A stretch of DNA of 64,000 nucleotides from Azolla caroliniana (taxonomy: Eukaryota > Plantae > Polypodiophyta), in assembly GCA_043228905.1 (NCBI GenBank), contig JBHGNT010000004.1:10168001-10232000 (forward strand), read 5' to 3'. Below are positions 26,116 to 37,949 of this stretch, in pieces (within the stretch, counting starts at the first letter, position 1; each line of letters starts with the position of its first letter). The position numbers were made by a program, and so were the translations under genes. Under the pieces are notes generated by a model that had not been told where the DNA came from, made no database searches, and saw only the letters and a program-made list of their open reading frames with translations.

Positions 26116-26739
26116 TTTGTTGCTGTTAATTACCCTTTCTTTTTAACATTTCAATGGAAGGGAGTAGGCAAACATTTATTGCAGTGGATGAACCTCGTCT
26201 ATCTCTATGAAAAGGGGAGTTGAGGGCACGATTTGTGGTTCAATAATGGGTTTTAGTTTGACCATGTTGTGGTTTTATGGATGTCAGGTTAATTCTCCTT
26301 TCTTCTTCTTCTTCTTCTTCTTCTTATTTGGGTTGTTTTAGGGTTGGTGAGTGTACATTTCCACTTCTTTGGGATATTTCATTAAAAGGTTTTCTTGCTT
26401 AGATGAAGATAGAAGAGAGAGAGAAAAGAGGATCTTGAAGAGGAGGATGTGAAAGAGGGTTTGTTAAGCTACAACAACAAAGGCATGACAATTGTTCTTC
26501 GTGAGCTTGAGCCCCCGAAACTCATACTCCTTCCTCCTAATGTACTTCCGTTTGTAATTACTCATTGTAAACCCTATTTTGGAAAAGAGAATACTTCCAT
26601 AAACAAATTAGTGGGTGTTGTCTTTATCTAAGAATTGTTGTATTAAGAACAAGTAATTAGTCTTAATCCTTGTTATCTTTGTGTAATCATGTTGAGTGGA
26701 GGAAAAGAGAGTGAGAAGTTAATTCTCAACATCGACAAA

Positions 26740-27020
26740 AGGGTTTCCTCAAAGCATGAATTCCTTAAACCAATATATCTTTGAACTAGTATTTCCTTGA
26801 AGGAAGGATTTCCTCGAACCTTGATTTCCTTGAAACAATATTTTCTTGAAGCAAGATTTCCTAGAGGTAGGATTTCCTTGAACCAGGATTTTCTCAAAGC
26901 AAGATTTCCTTGAGGTTGGAATTCCTTAAACCTAATTTCCTCAAACCAAGATTCCTCAAACCTAGTTTCCTCAAACTAGACAATTACTTGAATGAGGATT
27001 TCTTAAATCAAATTCCTCAA
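26740..27020. repeat. Degenerate ~15-20 bp minisatellite (ATTTCCTTGAA core)
   Basis: More than 12 recurrences of TTCCT(T/C)(G/A)AA. Confidence 0.7.
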
Positions 27021-27432
27021 GTGAGATGTTTCTCACAAAGGGGAACCACACGAGGGCTACACATGAAGGGTTCTATATATTCTCTCACGGCATCATGTGC
27101 TCCTTGGTTCAAATCCCTTGCAGTCTTGCTTGAGTTGCACACACATGCATGTTTACATGATGTCTTTTAAAAGGGTTTAGAATCAAAAGTGAGCCCAAAA
27201 GCCATCACTCTTTTGATGTCGAAAATGGGCTCTTATGCTTGTGTGAGTTGCTTAAATCTTTCTATATGATCAACATCCCCATAACCTTAAGTTGAGGGAT
27301 GAGTTTAGATATCTCTCTCCTTTTACAACTATTGTTAGCTAGTTTGGCTATGGGGTTTTTTTTCTTGTTTTTCCCTCTACATTAGGGATAAAAGTATGCA
27401 TGGATCGTAGAGCTATCACTTGGTCTAAGTTG

Positions 27433-28825
27433 TGTTGTGAAAGAAGAAAGCAATGGTGTGCTACACCATAGGTAATTTAGGTTAATTAGAAACACATTGT
27501 TAGTATGAATGTATTAGGTTACGAGAGAGGGAGAGTGAGTGAAACCTTTTTAGCACACAAAATTACTTCCATTGAATTCCAAATCAAACTTTACACGCTT
27601 ACATTTTAGGGTTAACTTAACCCTTTTGACTATTTAAACAAATAGCCCTTACAACATGTATATGTCCATTATACATGTATACACTACAATTTAACACTCC
27701 CTCGTAATGGGCATATTCAATGTAGCTCACTCATCTCGTCAATGTTAGTATCAATTTCAAGCCCATTTGAGTGCACAAAGATTGGGATCGATTTATCATA
27801 AAACTTTTGGTCATATCATCGAATATGTTGTCGAGAGTTAGAATATCGTCAATGACAAGTATCTTTTTCATGACACATTCCCTAACAAAGTGATATTGAA
27901 TCTTTATATATTTTGATGTTGAATGATAGATTAAATTCGTTGCCAAGTAAATAGCACTCTCACTATCACTATACAATGTCGAAGTTGAATTCGAAATGAT
28001 TTATCGAAACTTGCCAACTAGTTGACTGAGACATATTGCTCCCTTTGCTGCAACTATATATTTTGCTTTAGTTTTCAAGGTTGCCATGTTCTCCCGATTT
28101 TTTTACCTCCAGGAGATTGCTCCACTTGTGAATTGGAAGAAATAGCTAGAGATTGATTTCCTATTGTCTAGGCATCTTGCAAACAAGCTAGGTTTTTTCG
28201 AGTAGAGGTTTTGTCAAGCCAAATAAAATGGTGCTTAAGTCTTGTGTGCCAATCCAATATCTTAAGTCTTGAATACGCAAGAACGATGCTTGAGGAGAAT
28301 ACAATACTAGGTTTGAGTGCAATCTTCATGCTCAATCCTCTATTATCCATGGAAGCAATGATCAATGTTCTAGTTGAGAGCAATACTTAAGACCATAAGG
28401 AGTTGCAATAGTAGCTAAGAAAATGTTGTAGCAAATAGTTTTAGAAATTGTCTCTAGAGCTCAAGGTGATCTGCACAAAAAGAACATGGATGAGCTTTCC
28501 CCAAAAAACCCTAGATAACAAATGTCTTCTCAACCCTTAAAACTTGGCTAAATCCTAATGATCTTTGGAAACATAAAGCTTCTACTTTGATTCCAAATGT
28601 TGTGAAAGCAGCAATGTTGTGCTATTGTAGGCAATTTAGGTAAATTAGAAGCACAATGTTAGCATGAATAAGTTGGGTTATGAGTGAGACACTGAAAGCT
28701 TGTGGTTAAGACACAAAATTATTTTCACTAAATTCAAAATCAAACTTTACATTTGTATCAAAGATACATTTTAGGTCAACTTAATGCTTTTCACTATTTA
28801 CACATGTACACTCTACAAATTAACA
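27433..28825 (-). mobile_element. Small internally deleted copia derivative (TRIM-like)
   Basis: LTRs at 27433-27696 and 28598-28825 (TG...CA); TSD AGTTG / AGGTG; degenerate Met PBS (TGGAATCAAAG) beside the right LTR; RNase H remnant YSDSESAIYLATNLIYHSTSKYI at 27731-27976. Confidence 0.8.
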
Positions 28826-29533
28826 AGGTGTGAGGTGGGTGAGGGTTGAGATTTCCTTGTGAGTTCTGCCTTGCCTCTCACCGTCATGTGAGTTTCTCAT
28901 CACAATTACCATCAATTGGGCTAGAGAGGATGCAATTGGATTCATTTGCTTGTGAATCAACTCTATCATTTGGACTATGCATTATGGGTTGCTCGAGTGT
29001 GTGCTCGACGATAGTGAGTGTCTCGTTTATCTTGAGATAATCGATTACGTCTTGAGGTATCAAAAGTTTTATTGATATCATCATAAAATAAATATTATAT
29101 TTTTGCCAAAGTCATTTAAAGTGTTAATGACTCAAAATAAAAGATAAAAGAAAGAAGAATGCCAAATTTTTCGCTTGTTTGTGCTTGGATTTTGTATCGA
29201 AAATCTCGTTAATTGTTCCAAACAAATAACAACAAAAGAGAGAAAAAGGTCATTAGAATGGCTTTGCTTCCAAATATAACGAATAAGTGATTAACAAGAA
29301 TAATAGATTAAGAGAGCTTATCCTCACGAATAGAGTCTCGACATCGTCTCAAGATGACATAATGAAGGGGGCAACTAGTTCCCTTTATATAACTTCTCTT
29401 TGTAATTAGCTTACCCTAGTGGTAAGTTGCTAACACTACATCTTGGGTTCAAAACCCAAATTTTCTCACCTCTCTATTACACCAACCGAGTTACATCCAT
29501 CTGGGCTATATAATCTCTCTCTGTCTCTCTCTG

Positions 29534-30290
29534 TCTCTCTCTTTGAATACATGCTTAAGATTCAAAAAAGTCCCTCACATCGACTTCCTAGAATCGCATG
29601 GGAAGCAAGCAAAAAGATCCAAAATATGCATAAAAGCAAATTTTTGTGTTTCGGTTGGATGCAAGATATGACAAAGCGGTTTGGTAGATGGGATGCAACA
29701 CATTTGCTTCATGATGCATCACTAGATTCCTCTGTAAATGAGGCCTTTTCGCAACGCCAATGTATCATGACATGGGAAAAATGTGGAGGATCACGCTTCA
29801 TACATTATACTACACATGTTCCACCTAACTACAAAACCATATTCTTCGCGGAACGGGGAAACTGTACACATTGATACACATTAGAGCCCATTCCGTTGGC
29901 TTCTGTTCGAATCATTGCTTCCATTCGACTTAGCTCACATGCATTGCGATGTGAGACGGGGCGTTGGGGCACAAGTGATGAGAGTGGTCGACTATGCACG
30001 CTTTGCCCTAAACAAGTTCGAGAATCTAAGTATCACACTTTGATACAATGCTCTGCCTTTGATCATATTCGACCATGCTTTACACACATCTTCGACCAAG
30101 CCCAATCCTTGCACGAATTTCTCTCACAACCACAATGTGCACTCTCGATTGCAACATTCATTGGTAAAGTTCTTGAACATCGAGAGTTGCTACTTACTTT
30201 CACACATATCACATGAAATGTAATTTTTTTGGTCTCTTAGGTCATATTTGATCTCCAAAGATGATAATATAATCTATCTATCTATCTCTC
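29534..30290 (+). mobile_element. 5'-truncated LINE 3' end with CCHC finger and (ATCT)n tail
   Basis: LPRIAWE...IRLSSHALRCETGRW...CTLCP..E..YHTLIQC; tandem-repeat tail; begins right after a (CT)n tract. Confidence 0.8.
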
Positions 30291-30630
30291 TACGTACATA
30301 ATGCCTTTTATTACGAAAGAAAACACCACCATGACTAATGTACAACAAACTTTACAGCTCTAGGGATCTAAATACTACAAATTCAATCCCACCCTACATA
30401 CTAATTTAGATGACAAATATGATGAAATGTCACCTTACACAATTGGCTCTCTTCATGGTTGAGATTCTATAATTCTCTAACACAGTAAATTGCCACAAAA
30501 TAAGTTTTTTTAACTTTGCAACATATTTCCTCACCCTTGTGAATCAAAAGTGAATGCATTCTGCATATTCCAATTAAACCATAGACCCCAATACCTCAAA
30601 ATAATTTAGAAATAGGGCATTGCTCCACTC

Positions 30631-32161
30631 TGTTGGGAGAGCAAGTCGCTCTGGATGGGATACGCGGGAAGTTGGATCTAGAGAAGGAGTTGGATTGTTC
30701 GGAAGGCATCTAGAAACTGGATCCGAATTGGTTGGAAGGCATCCGGAAATTAGATCTTAATTGACTGGAAGGCATCCAGAAACTGATTGGGTTGTGGTTG
30801 AGTAGAGGTTATATTTGTAAATAGCCCATACTGTGTATGAGTCTAAATACACCTAGGGCAATCATTTTGGTGAGGGCGAGACAGAGTTGTAATTATGGTC
30901 TATTCCTTGTGAGAGTGTGAGTGTTGTGTGTATCCTTTTGTAAGACCAAGACGAGCTTGAGGTCATTGCCTATGAGTCTCGTGTATACTCATATCACATA
31001 GTGATTTTGTTTTTGGAGTTTATGGGTTCCCATGGGTTTTTCCCATTCAAGGTTTCCACGTTAAAATCTCGTGTCTCGGTGTTTGTGTTTCTTTGTCTTC
31101 CGTTGTCGTGGAATTCCGCGCGTGCATGTCGGATAGACGGGACCACAGGGGGTCTTGGACTAGGGAGGGAGAGGAGGGAGAGAAGCTTGGGAGTTCAACC
31201 GAGAAGAAAGAGAAAGATTAAGATGCAAGAGATTAAGAATCAAGAGAATAAGATCTAAACAAGACAAGATACATTATGGAAAACACCACATCAATTACAA
31301 CCATGGCCGTGGAGGCCGAATGTAAACCCTCTAGTTGAAACCTTAACCGGATAGAGGAAAAGAAGAAGAAGTAGAAGACAAATGAAACCCCTAAAACGAG
31401 ATCCTAAAACACAAAATTCCGAAACCCTAATGGCAACCCAAAGAAACCCAAAAAGTGGAAACCCCCTAAAAATGGCCCCACTCCCTTTTATAGTAGTAAG
31501 GGGTGAGGCACATTACATAAAGAAGAGGTCAACCCCCCCTTCTTTCAATGGGGGAATATTTGGCCTTCATCTTAGGAGGAGAGATTGATGGAGCCTTAAC
31601 TCCCTCTCCTCACACACACAATATGCCCACTACTCACTACACCCGTACTTCATGTACTCTCCATTTAGTCTACATGTGCATGTGCACATAAGTGCACATC
31701 ACATTTACACTTTATGAATCTTCGTAATGCACTTTTAACACCTTACATTTACCCTTCCTTTTTAACATTTGTTTCTTTTACAAATCTTCCAAGTGCATGT
31801 GCAATGTTGCACATCCCCATTTTATTTATCCCACTTGGCCGAAAATCCTCACGACACCGTCTCGTTTCTTGTTTTTTTCATTTTTGCTTGCTAATCGGTT
31901 GTGGTCGATCCCACATTCGCCTCAAACTGGTATTAGTGTGATGGTTGAATCTCTTGGATGAATGTTCAAGCTGACCGGCTCCAACTACTCAATGTGGAAG
32001 TCGAAGATGAGAGATTTGCTCATGTGCAAAAACCTATGGTTGCCAATATAGTTCGGCCAAAAGAAGCCCAACAAGGTTGATGCATCGATGTGGGAGGTCA
32101 TGGATCTGAAGACATCTACATACATGAGGTGTTTTATAGACATGAGTCTATACAACAACTT
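30631..32161 (+). mobile_element. Copia (same family as 46578-52268): 5' LTR, PBS and gag start, truncated by a nested insertion
   Basis: LTR TGTTGGGAG... 30631-31924; PBS TGGTATTAG at 31928; gag MFKLTGSNYSMWKSKMRD...DMSLYNNF. Confidence 0.85.
31104..31856. mobile_element. Solo LTR nested in the copia LTR
   Basis: TGTCGTG...CACGACA termini; 4-bp TSD CCGT. Confidence 0.85.
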
Positions 32162-32792
32162 TGTTGAGAGATCAAGCTCAACTTAGTTTAGTTAGTTAGT
32201 TAACCATGTAACTTCGTAGTTACGTAGATGGAATCTAGTTAGAAGTATTGGCTATAACACCTTAAATAGGACCTTGTACTTAAGTGGGATATTCTAGATC
32301 CTCCACTCCCAAGTACATTTAATATAGGACTTACACTTTTGTACCTATATTATCCTCACACATGTGACGCCTTGGACATGAGATCTATATATACCTCATT
32401 GTAGGCATTTTTGTATTCAATGATATTCATGCTAATTTAATATAGAGTTAATCATCCCTCATCTTGTGTTGTTCATAAGTGTTAACTTCCTGTCTCTCTC
32501 TCTCTCTCTCTCTCTTCCTCTTCCTCTCACACACATACACACATATCTCACTTAATCTTTCGCTTATAAACTAATCACATATTGAGGTACTAATTAACCT
32601 TACTTAATTACTTACCTAATTCTTAACATGGTATCAGAGCGTGTGGTTTAGAAAATCCACTAAGCCCACCCGACTCCGTGAGTGTGTGTTCAAGACGCCT
32701 GCGACAAAATCCAACTATCGGCTACCGTAGTGCCGCTACGTAGCACGTGTACGTGATTGAAGGAAGAAAAGCAAAAGAAGAGACGACACTAC

Positions 32793-33280
32793 TGTCGTGA
32801 CTTGAGAATAGGAGAGAGAAAAATAAGATGACAATAGAAGGTAGAGGGAGAGAGAGAAAGAACACTAGAAATGGAAAGAGACTTTATATTATAAGAGAGC
32901 AAGGATTACAAAGAGTAGGCTAAGGGGCTACAAACTGGTGTTGAACTGAATGAGTTGTGATGAATGAATAGACACCTATTTATAGGTCCTTACGGAGTAT
33001 TCTAGAATGTTCTAGAATATTTTAGATATTTAATATAATCATGGAATATACTAGAATGTTCTAGAATATTCTAAATATCTTGTAATAACTAATACATTTA
33101 TTATAACTATATATCATATATGTTAGTATAATGGTTAAACGTCTAACGTATAAACCGAGATGTCTTGGGCTCGAATCCTTGTAAGGCCAAAATGTATGTC
33201 ATCATGACATTATCCCCCCTTTTCAACGAAGAGTTCCACGAGTCGGAAGACAAGATTTCGGACTTGGCTTATGGGGGTAT
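32793..33280 (-). mobile_element. 3' LTR with adjacent PPT of a truncated LTR element
   Basis: TGTCGTGA...CATGACA at 32793-33209, followed by TTATCCCCCCTTTT (a PPT on the minus strand). Confidence 0.75.
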
Positions 33281-34674
33281 TTGTTGTGAAACGTAACAAC
33301 TGTTCGACAAAAGAACATGTCGGTGGCAGATTACACAAACCGGATCAAAGGGACCTGTGACTCGCTTGCCTCTATTAACGTCACCGTAGAGGAAGACGAG
33401 ATGGTGCAGGTTTGCCTTGGAGGCTTGGTGTCCAAGTTCGGAGTTTTCCGGACTACGGTTTGTACAAGGGAGAATACGCCCTCTTTTTTCGACTTACAGT
33501 CGATGCTCCTTGTAGAGGAGAACCACGCCGGTGCATCTACTAGTGCATCCCCAGACATCCGGATGCTGTACACGGGAGCAGATCTGGTCCCGCGGGCGTG
33601 GTGGACGAGGCAGGTCGGCACGCAATGGAGGCGGCCGGCAAGAACAGGAACGAAGGCACAGTGAGCGTGCCGACAGCAGTTCCGAGACTTCCACAAGCAG
33701 AGGGAGTCAAGGTGGTGCCGGAGGCCGGCAAGACAAATCCGCTATGGAATGCTGGTACTGTGGCAAAAAGGGCCACAGGGAAAGCGAGTGCTGGAGAAAG
33801 CGTGCCGATTCGGATAAATCTGGATCTGGCAAGACCTGTAAGGAAGGCCGACAAAGCTCGCACTACGCAAACGGATCGGGAGGATCCAAGAACGGTAAGG
33901 GGCCAGCCTTGGTGATGAAGCACAAGGCAAACTCAATGAAGAAGACCACTTCCAAATCGGAGGAAGTGTGGTACGTTGACTCCGGCGCATCGAACCACAT
34001 GACGAGCCATGGGGAGTGGTTCTCCTTTTTGGAGAAGCCAGATCAACCGGGAGTTGTCGAAACCGGAGACGACACTCACCACCCGATCGTGCACGTCGGA
34101 GAAGTCCCTTTGAGCCACGTCGGACAGAGGGGGAAGCTGATGAATGTATTACATGTTCCGACGATCACGAAGAACCTGGTGTCTGTTAACTCTTAGGGCC
34201 GAACAATGGCCTAACACAGGGTGTCTACGAAAGACACTTCACCAAAGGGGTGTTATGGCAAGAGGATTAGGCTCAACGATTAATCCGACTTAATTAGGTT
34301 ACTTAGCAAGATCGTCCTTAATGATCACACGCGTAAGATATAACAATGAATGCAGAACGGAAATTAACACAGAGAGATAAAAAACACTAAGCTTCATTAA
34401 TTAACTGCTGCTCATTACATTGTATCTGGGCCTTTAAATAGGTTTCCGGTTTGTAGTACAAAACGGTGCCATCCGCACCTGTTCGGGATCGGTCCGGATC
34501 CGGAACGGCATACCGATTCCGGTCTGTCCGTCCACACTGATAGCTTACTTACAACCATTCCTTAATAATTAAATAACTCGTCCGTTTCACACTCTGGACT
34601 ACTTTGCCGGCCGGTAACACATGGCACGCCCGTGGGACAGTACCTTGTACGTCGAATCCACCATCCGACCCTTG

Positions 34675-37467
34675 CTATTCTTCGTCCAAAATATCCAGAA
34701 TGCTTTGTTCGAGAGTCTCCAATGGTTCATCTGGAATTGGTTGTTGTTGTTGTTGTTGTTGCTGCTCCGTTGATGGCTGCTGCGACTGGTCCTTTGGTGG
34801 CTGTTGCGGCTGCTCCTCTGTTTGTTGCTCTGACACCAGCGTTTCCGTCGTTGCTCCCTCCGTCGTAGTGGTCTCCGGTTGACTGGTTCCGGCCTGGCCC
34901 TCGGCCGGCGACGGTTCCTCATCACTAAGGTTAACCGTTGCCGCTTCCCGTGCTTTTTCTTCCCGAACCCGGGACCGCTTGTAGCTCTCAAATTGGATTT
35001 GAGCGTCCAACCTATCATCGTCTAGCTGTGCTACGAGTTGACGGACTTGCACCAGCTGTTCATCCGCCAGGACTTGGAAGTCTTCAGCCAGCTCGTCCCG
35101 TATGGCGGTGAAGTCCTCGGAAGTCAACGTGTAACAATCATCTCCTTCCTTCCGCCGGTTTTCCACGTCTACCCGTAGCAATTGGAGTTCCGCCGTATTT
35201 TGTGCCCACTTTGTCCACCATCTTACGGAGTTTTCGTCAATCAAGCGTTTTGTCTGATTCAGCCATGCCCGGAGGATGCACTGAATCCGGCCCGTTCCCA
35301 TCTGCGATTTGATCTCTACAGCTTGTTGTTCCTCCTTCAATTGCTTGATGATTTTGACGTTGTCTTCCGCCTGCTCCTTGTAATGAGTCAATTGCCTTTG
35401 ATATGTGCTTTGTAATTTTTGCAATACTGTTGTCGCTCTCTCCCTTTCTTCCTGCTGCTGACTCTGGAGCTCCATCCGGACCTTCTCCGCCTCGTCCAAC
35501 CGTCTTGTATTTTCCGTTGTTCGTCAGCGAGCGCCGTTGCAGCCTGATCAACTTCCTGCCGGAACTCGGCCATCCGTTCCTTATGCTCCGTTTCCAGCCG
35601 TTTGTAGTCCCGGTGCAGGTGCTCAAAATCATCTGTCTTTTGCTTGAGCCGTACGTTGATCTGTCGACGGGCTCGGTCCTCGCGGTCCTTCTGCTAGCGG
35701 AGCTCCTCCTTTAGCCGTTCAATTTCCGTTTCTGCTGTCTTCTGCAGCTTGTCCTTTTCCTGCAACACTTTGTCTTTTTCCTCCCTTAGCCGGTCGTAAG
35801 CTTGATGGCCTTTCCGGAGGCTCTCCTCTGCCCGACGGAGGTTCTCAGTAGTCTTCTTTAATTCTGCTTCGGCCGCTGTCTTCAATTCCCGTTCACGGCT
35901 CCTTAGCGCTTCTTGTGCGGCTAGTTCATCTCTCAATTCCGCAAGCTCCTGGGCTTGCGCCGCATCTCTCTCTGGAACGGTTTCCGTTGCCGGGGTCTTA
36001 TTAGTATGTACAGGTTGGTCTGGTTCTTCATTCTGTACACTTACCGGACTCACCGGTGATTGGATCTGTGTTGCCGTTAAGGACATTTTGGCCATTTCTG
36101 CCGTGACTTGATCCAAGTCTTTTTCAAGGCACCGGATTCTGGACTGGGCCGTCTCTAGTTGTTCGGTTGTGACGAGCAACCGTTCACTTTGCGCTCTTTC
36201 TTCCGCCTCAATATACCCCACTGCTCCGGCAATCTGTTCGCCTATCCACCGGAGCCACAGGCTACCGGTGCATTGTTGTTGCACTTGCACGGAGGTTTGA
36301 CGGATGGGCTCGCTTGTAGATGGGTGGTCCCACCTGATTTCGCCGAGTTGCAATTCCGTTTCTGCCTGTGGACCAGCCAACTGTCCTGGTTCCTCTTGCG
36401 CTTCTTCTTGGTTGGCGGAGGGAGGCTGCATTGACCTTTCCGGCTCTGGCGGAATGGGACTTGCCGGTGGTGCCGGTGGTGCAGGGGCTTCCGATTCCGG
36501 TGCCATGCGCACTGGTTCCGGTTCCTCCCTTGGCGTGGGAGTCTCAGTATGGGGAGCTGGTGTTCCCTCCGTCTGAGGGTCTAAACGTTTCCCGGCTGCC
36601 TCAACGGTCCTTGTCGACGACCGTCGCTGGAGGTGCTCCGTAGGCTCCTCCTCTATTTCCTCCTCCTGAGTCCCGGCATTGAGTTTTGCCGCCAAGGGGT
36701 CCGCTTCTCTATTCACCGGTCGGCGGAGTGTAATCTTTACGGGCCGTACCAGTGGTTCCTCCTGCGCATCCGTTGGCCGCTTCCGGTTGGCGCTCTCCTT
36801 TCCCGCTTGTTCTGCGTCCGCCGCCTTCCCCTTAGTGGCCTTAGAGGCCAACAACTGTTGTCTTTTGGAAGCAGTCTTTGGGGTGCTGTCCGCCACTCTT
36901 CCCCGCTTCTTGGGCTGGACGGGCTGGACGGGGTGGCACAAGCAAGGTGAGCCACTGCGTTACTACGTGCCATATCCTATGTCCTTCTCGGCCTTCTTTG
37001 CCGTCTTTTCCTCTGACGATCTCGATCGTCGCACACAAACCGTCTACGATCAATACCGGCCAATCCACCTTGATCCCTTCATAGGTGGCGATGATCATCC
37101 CTGCCCGGTTCTGCGGCATGACAGGGGGTCTAGGGTACACATGGCCGTATTTGTGTAGCACACGAGCAATCTCGCGGAACAGCATATCTCCATCGCCCTG
37201 TGTCCGGTAGCCCTTGCTGGCTAGGGAGTACTCACCAAAATACTTGATGAGTTGCTCCGAGGTCGGATTGTCGATTGTGAATATGCCTCCCTCCGGAAGG
37301 CCTGTTAACGCACGGATCGCCTCATCCGTTATGACCTCTGTGTCGATTTCTTTGATCACCTTGTCGGCTTCTTTGTGTGGCGGTGCCTCCATAATCGTCA
37401 AGAAGCCCTCGAGCCCGTGTTGCTTTAGCCATTTCTTGGCGACTTCCGATAGCGTTTGCGGGTCCAT
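34675..37467 (-). pseudogene. Extra 3' ORF of the gypsy element (frameshifted), with globular N-terminus, Pro-rich linker and long coiled coil
   Basis: Consecutive ORFs 36841-37773 (likely start MDPQTL), 35694-36941 and 34675-35499 downstream of integrase, in sense orientation. Confidence 0.7.
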
Positions 37468-37949
37468 GTCTGTGTCGAGGTCGGATTGTGGTGGCGAGGT
37501 TGGATGGTGATGAGAGTGAGAGTGAGAGAGAGAGAGTTCAGGAAGCGGGGGTTCTCTGTGCGTAGGTTCTCGTCTGATGATCTTCCAACGCCTTGGTGCT
37601 TCTGTGCTCCTGGGTTCGCGAAAGTAGAGGGTCTCCATGTGCAGTGGTTTTTCTCTGTGCATTCTGGCGCCTTTTTCGAGCGTGTGCACATCGTGTACTA
37701 AAATAGCATTATGTCCTGTGGCGGCACTTAAATGCCCACTATGTACCTTTTCGCTCCTCGCTCTCTTGTCCATTCATACCTCGCTTTTGCATGATTACTT
37801 CGTTTTTTTTTTCTTCTTCTTTTAATTTTAATGTAGTGTGAGGTTACTTGTCCGTTGGTCCTATCGGACCCTTATCAGCCTCATTACGGTTGCCGGCTTG
37901 GTGGTTGCCATTTCCGTCACAGGTTGTCATTTCCTCACCTGTGTTGGTC

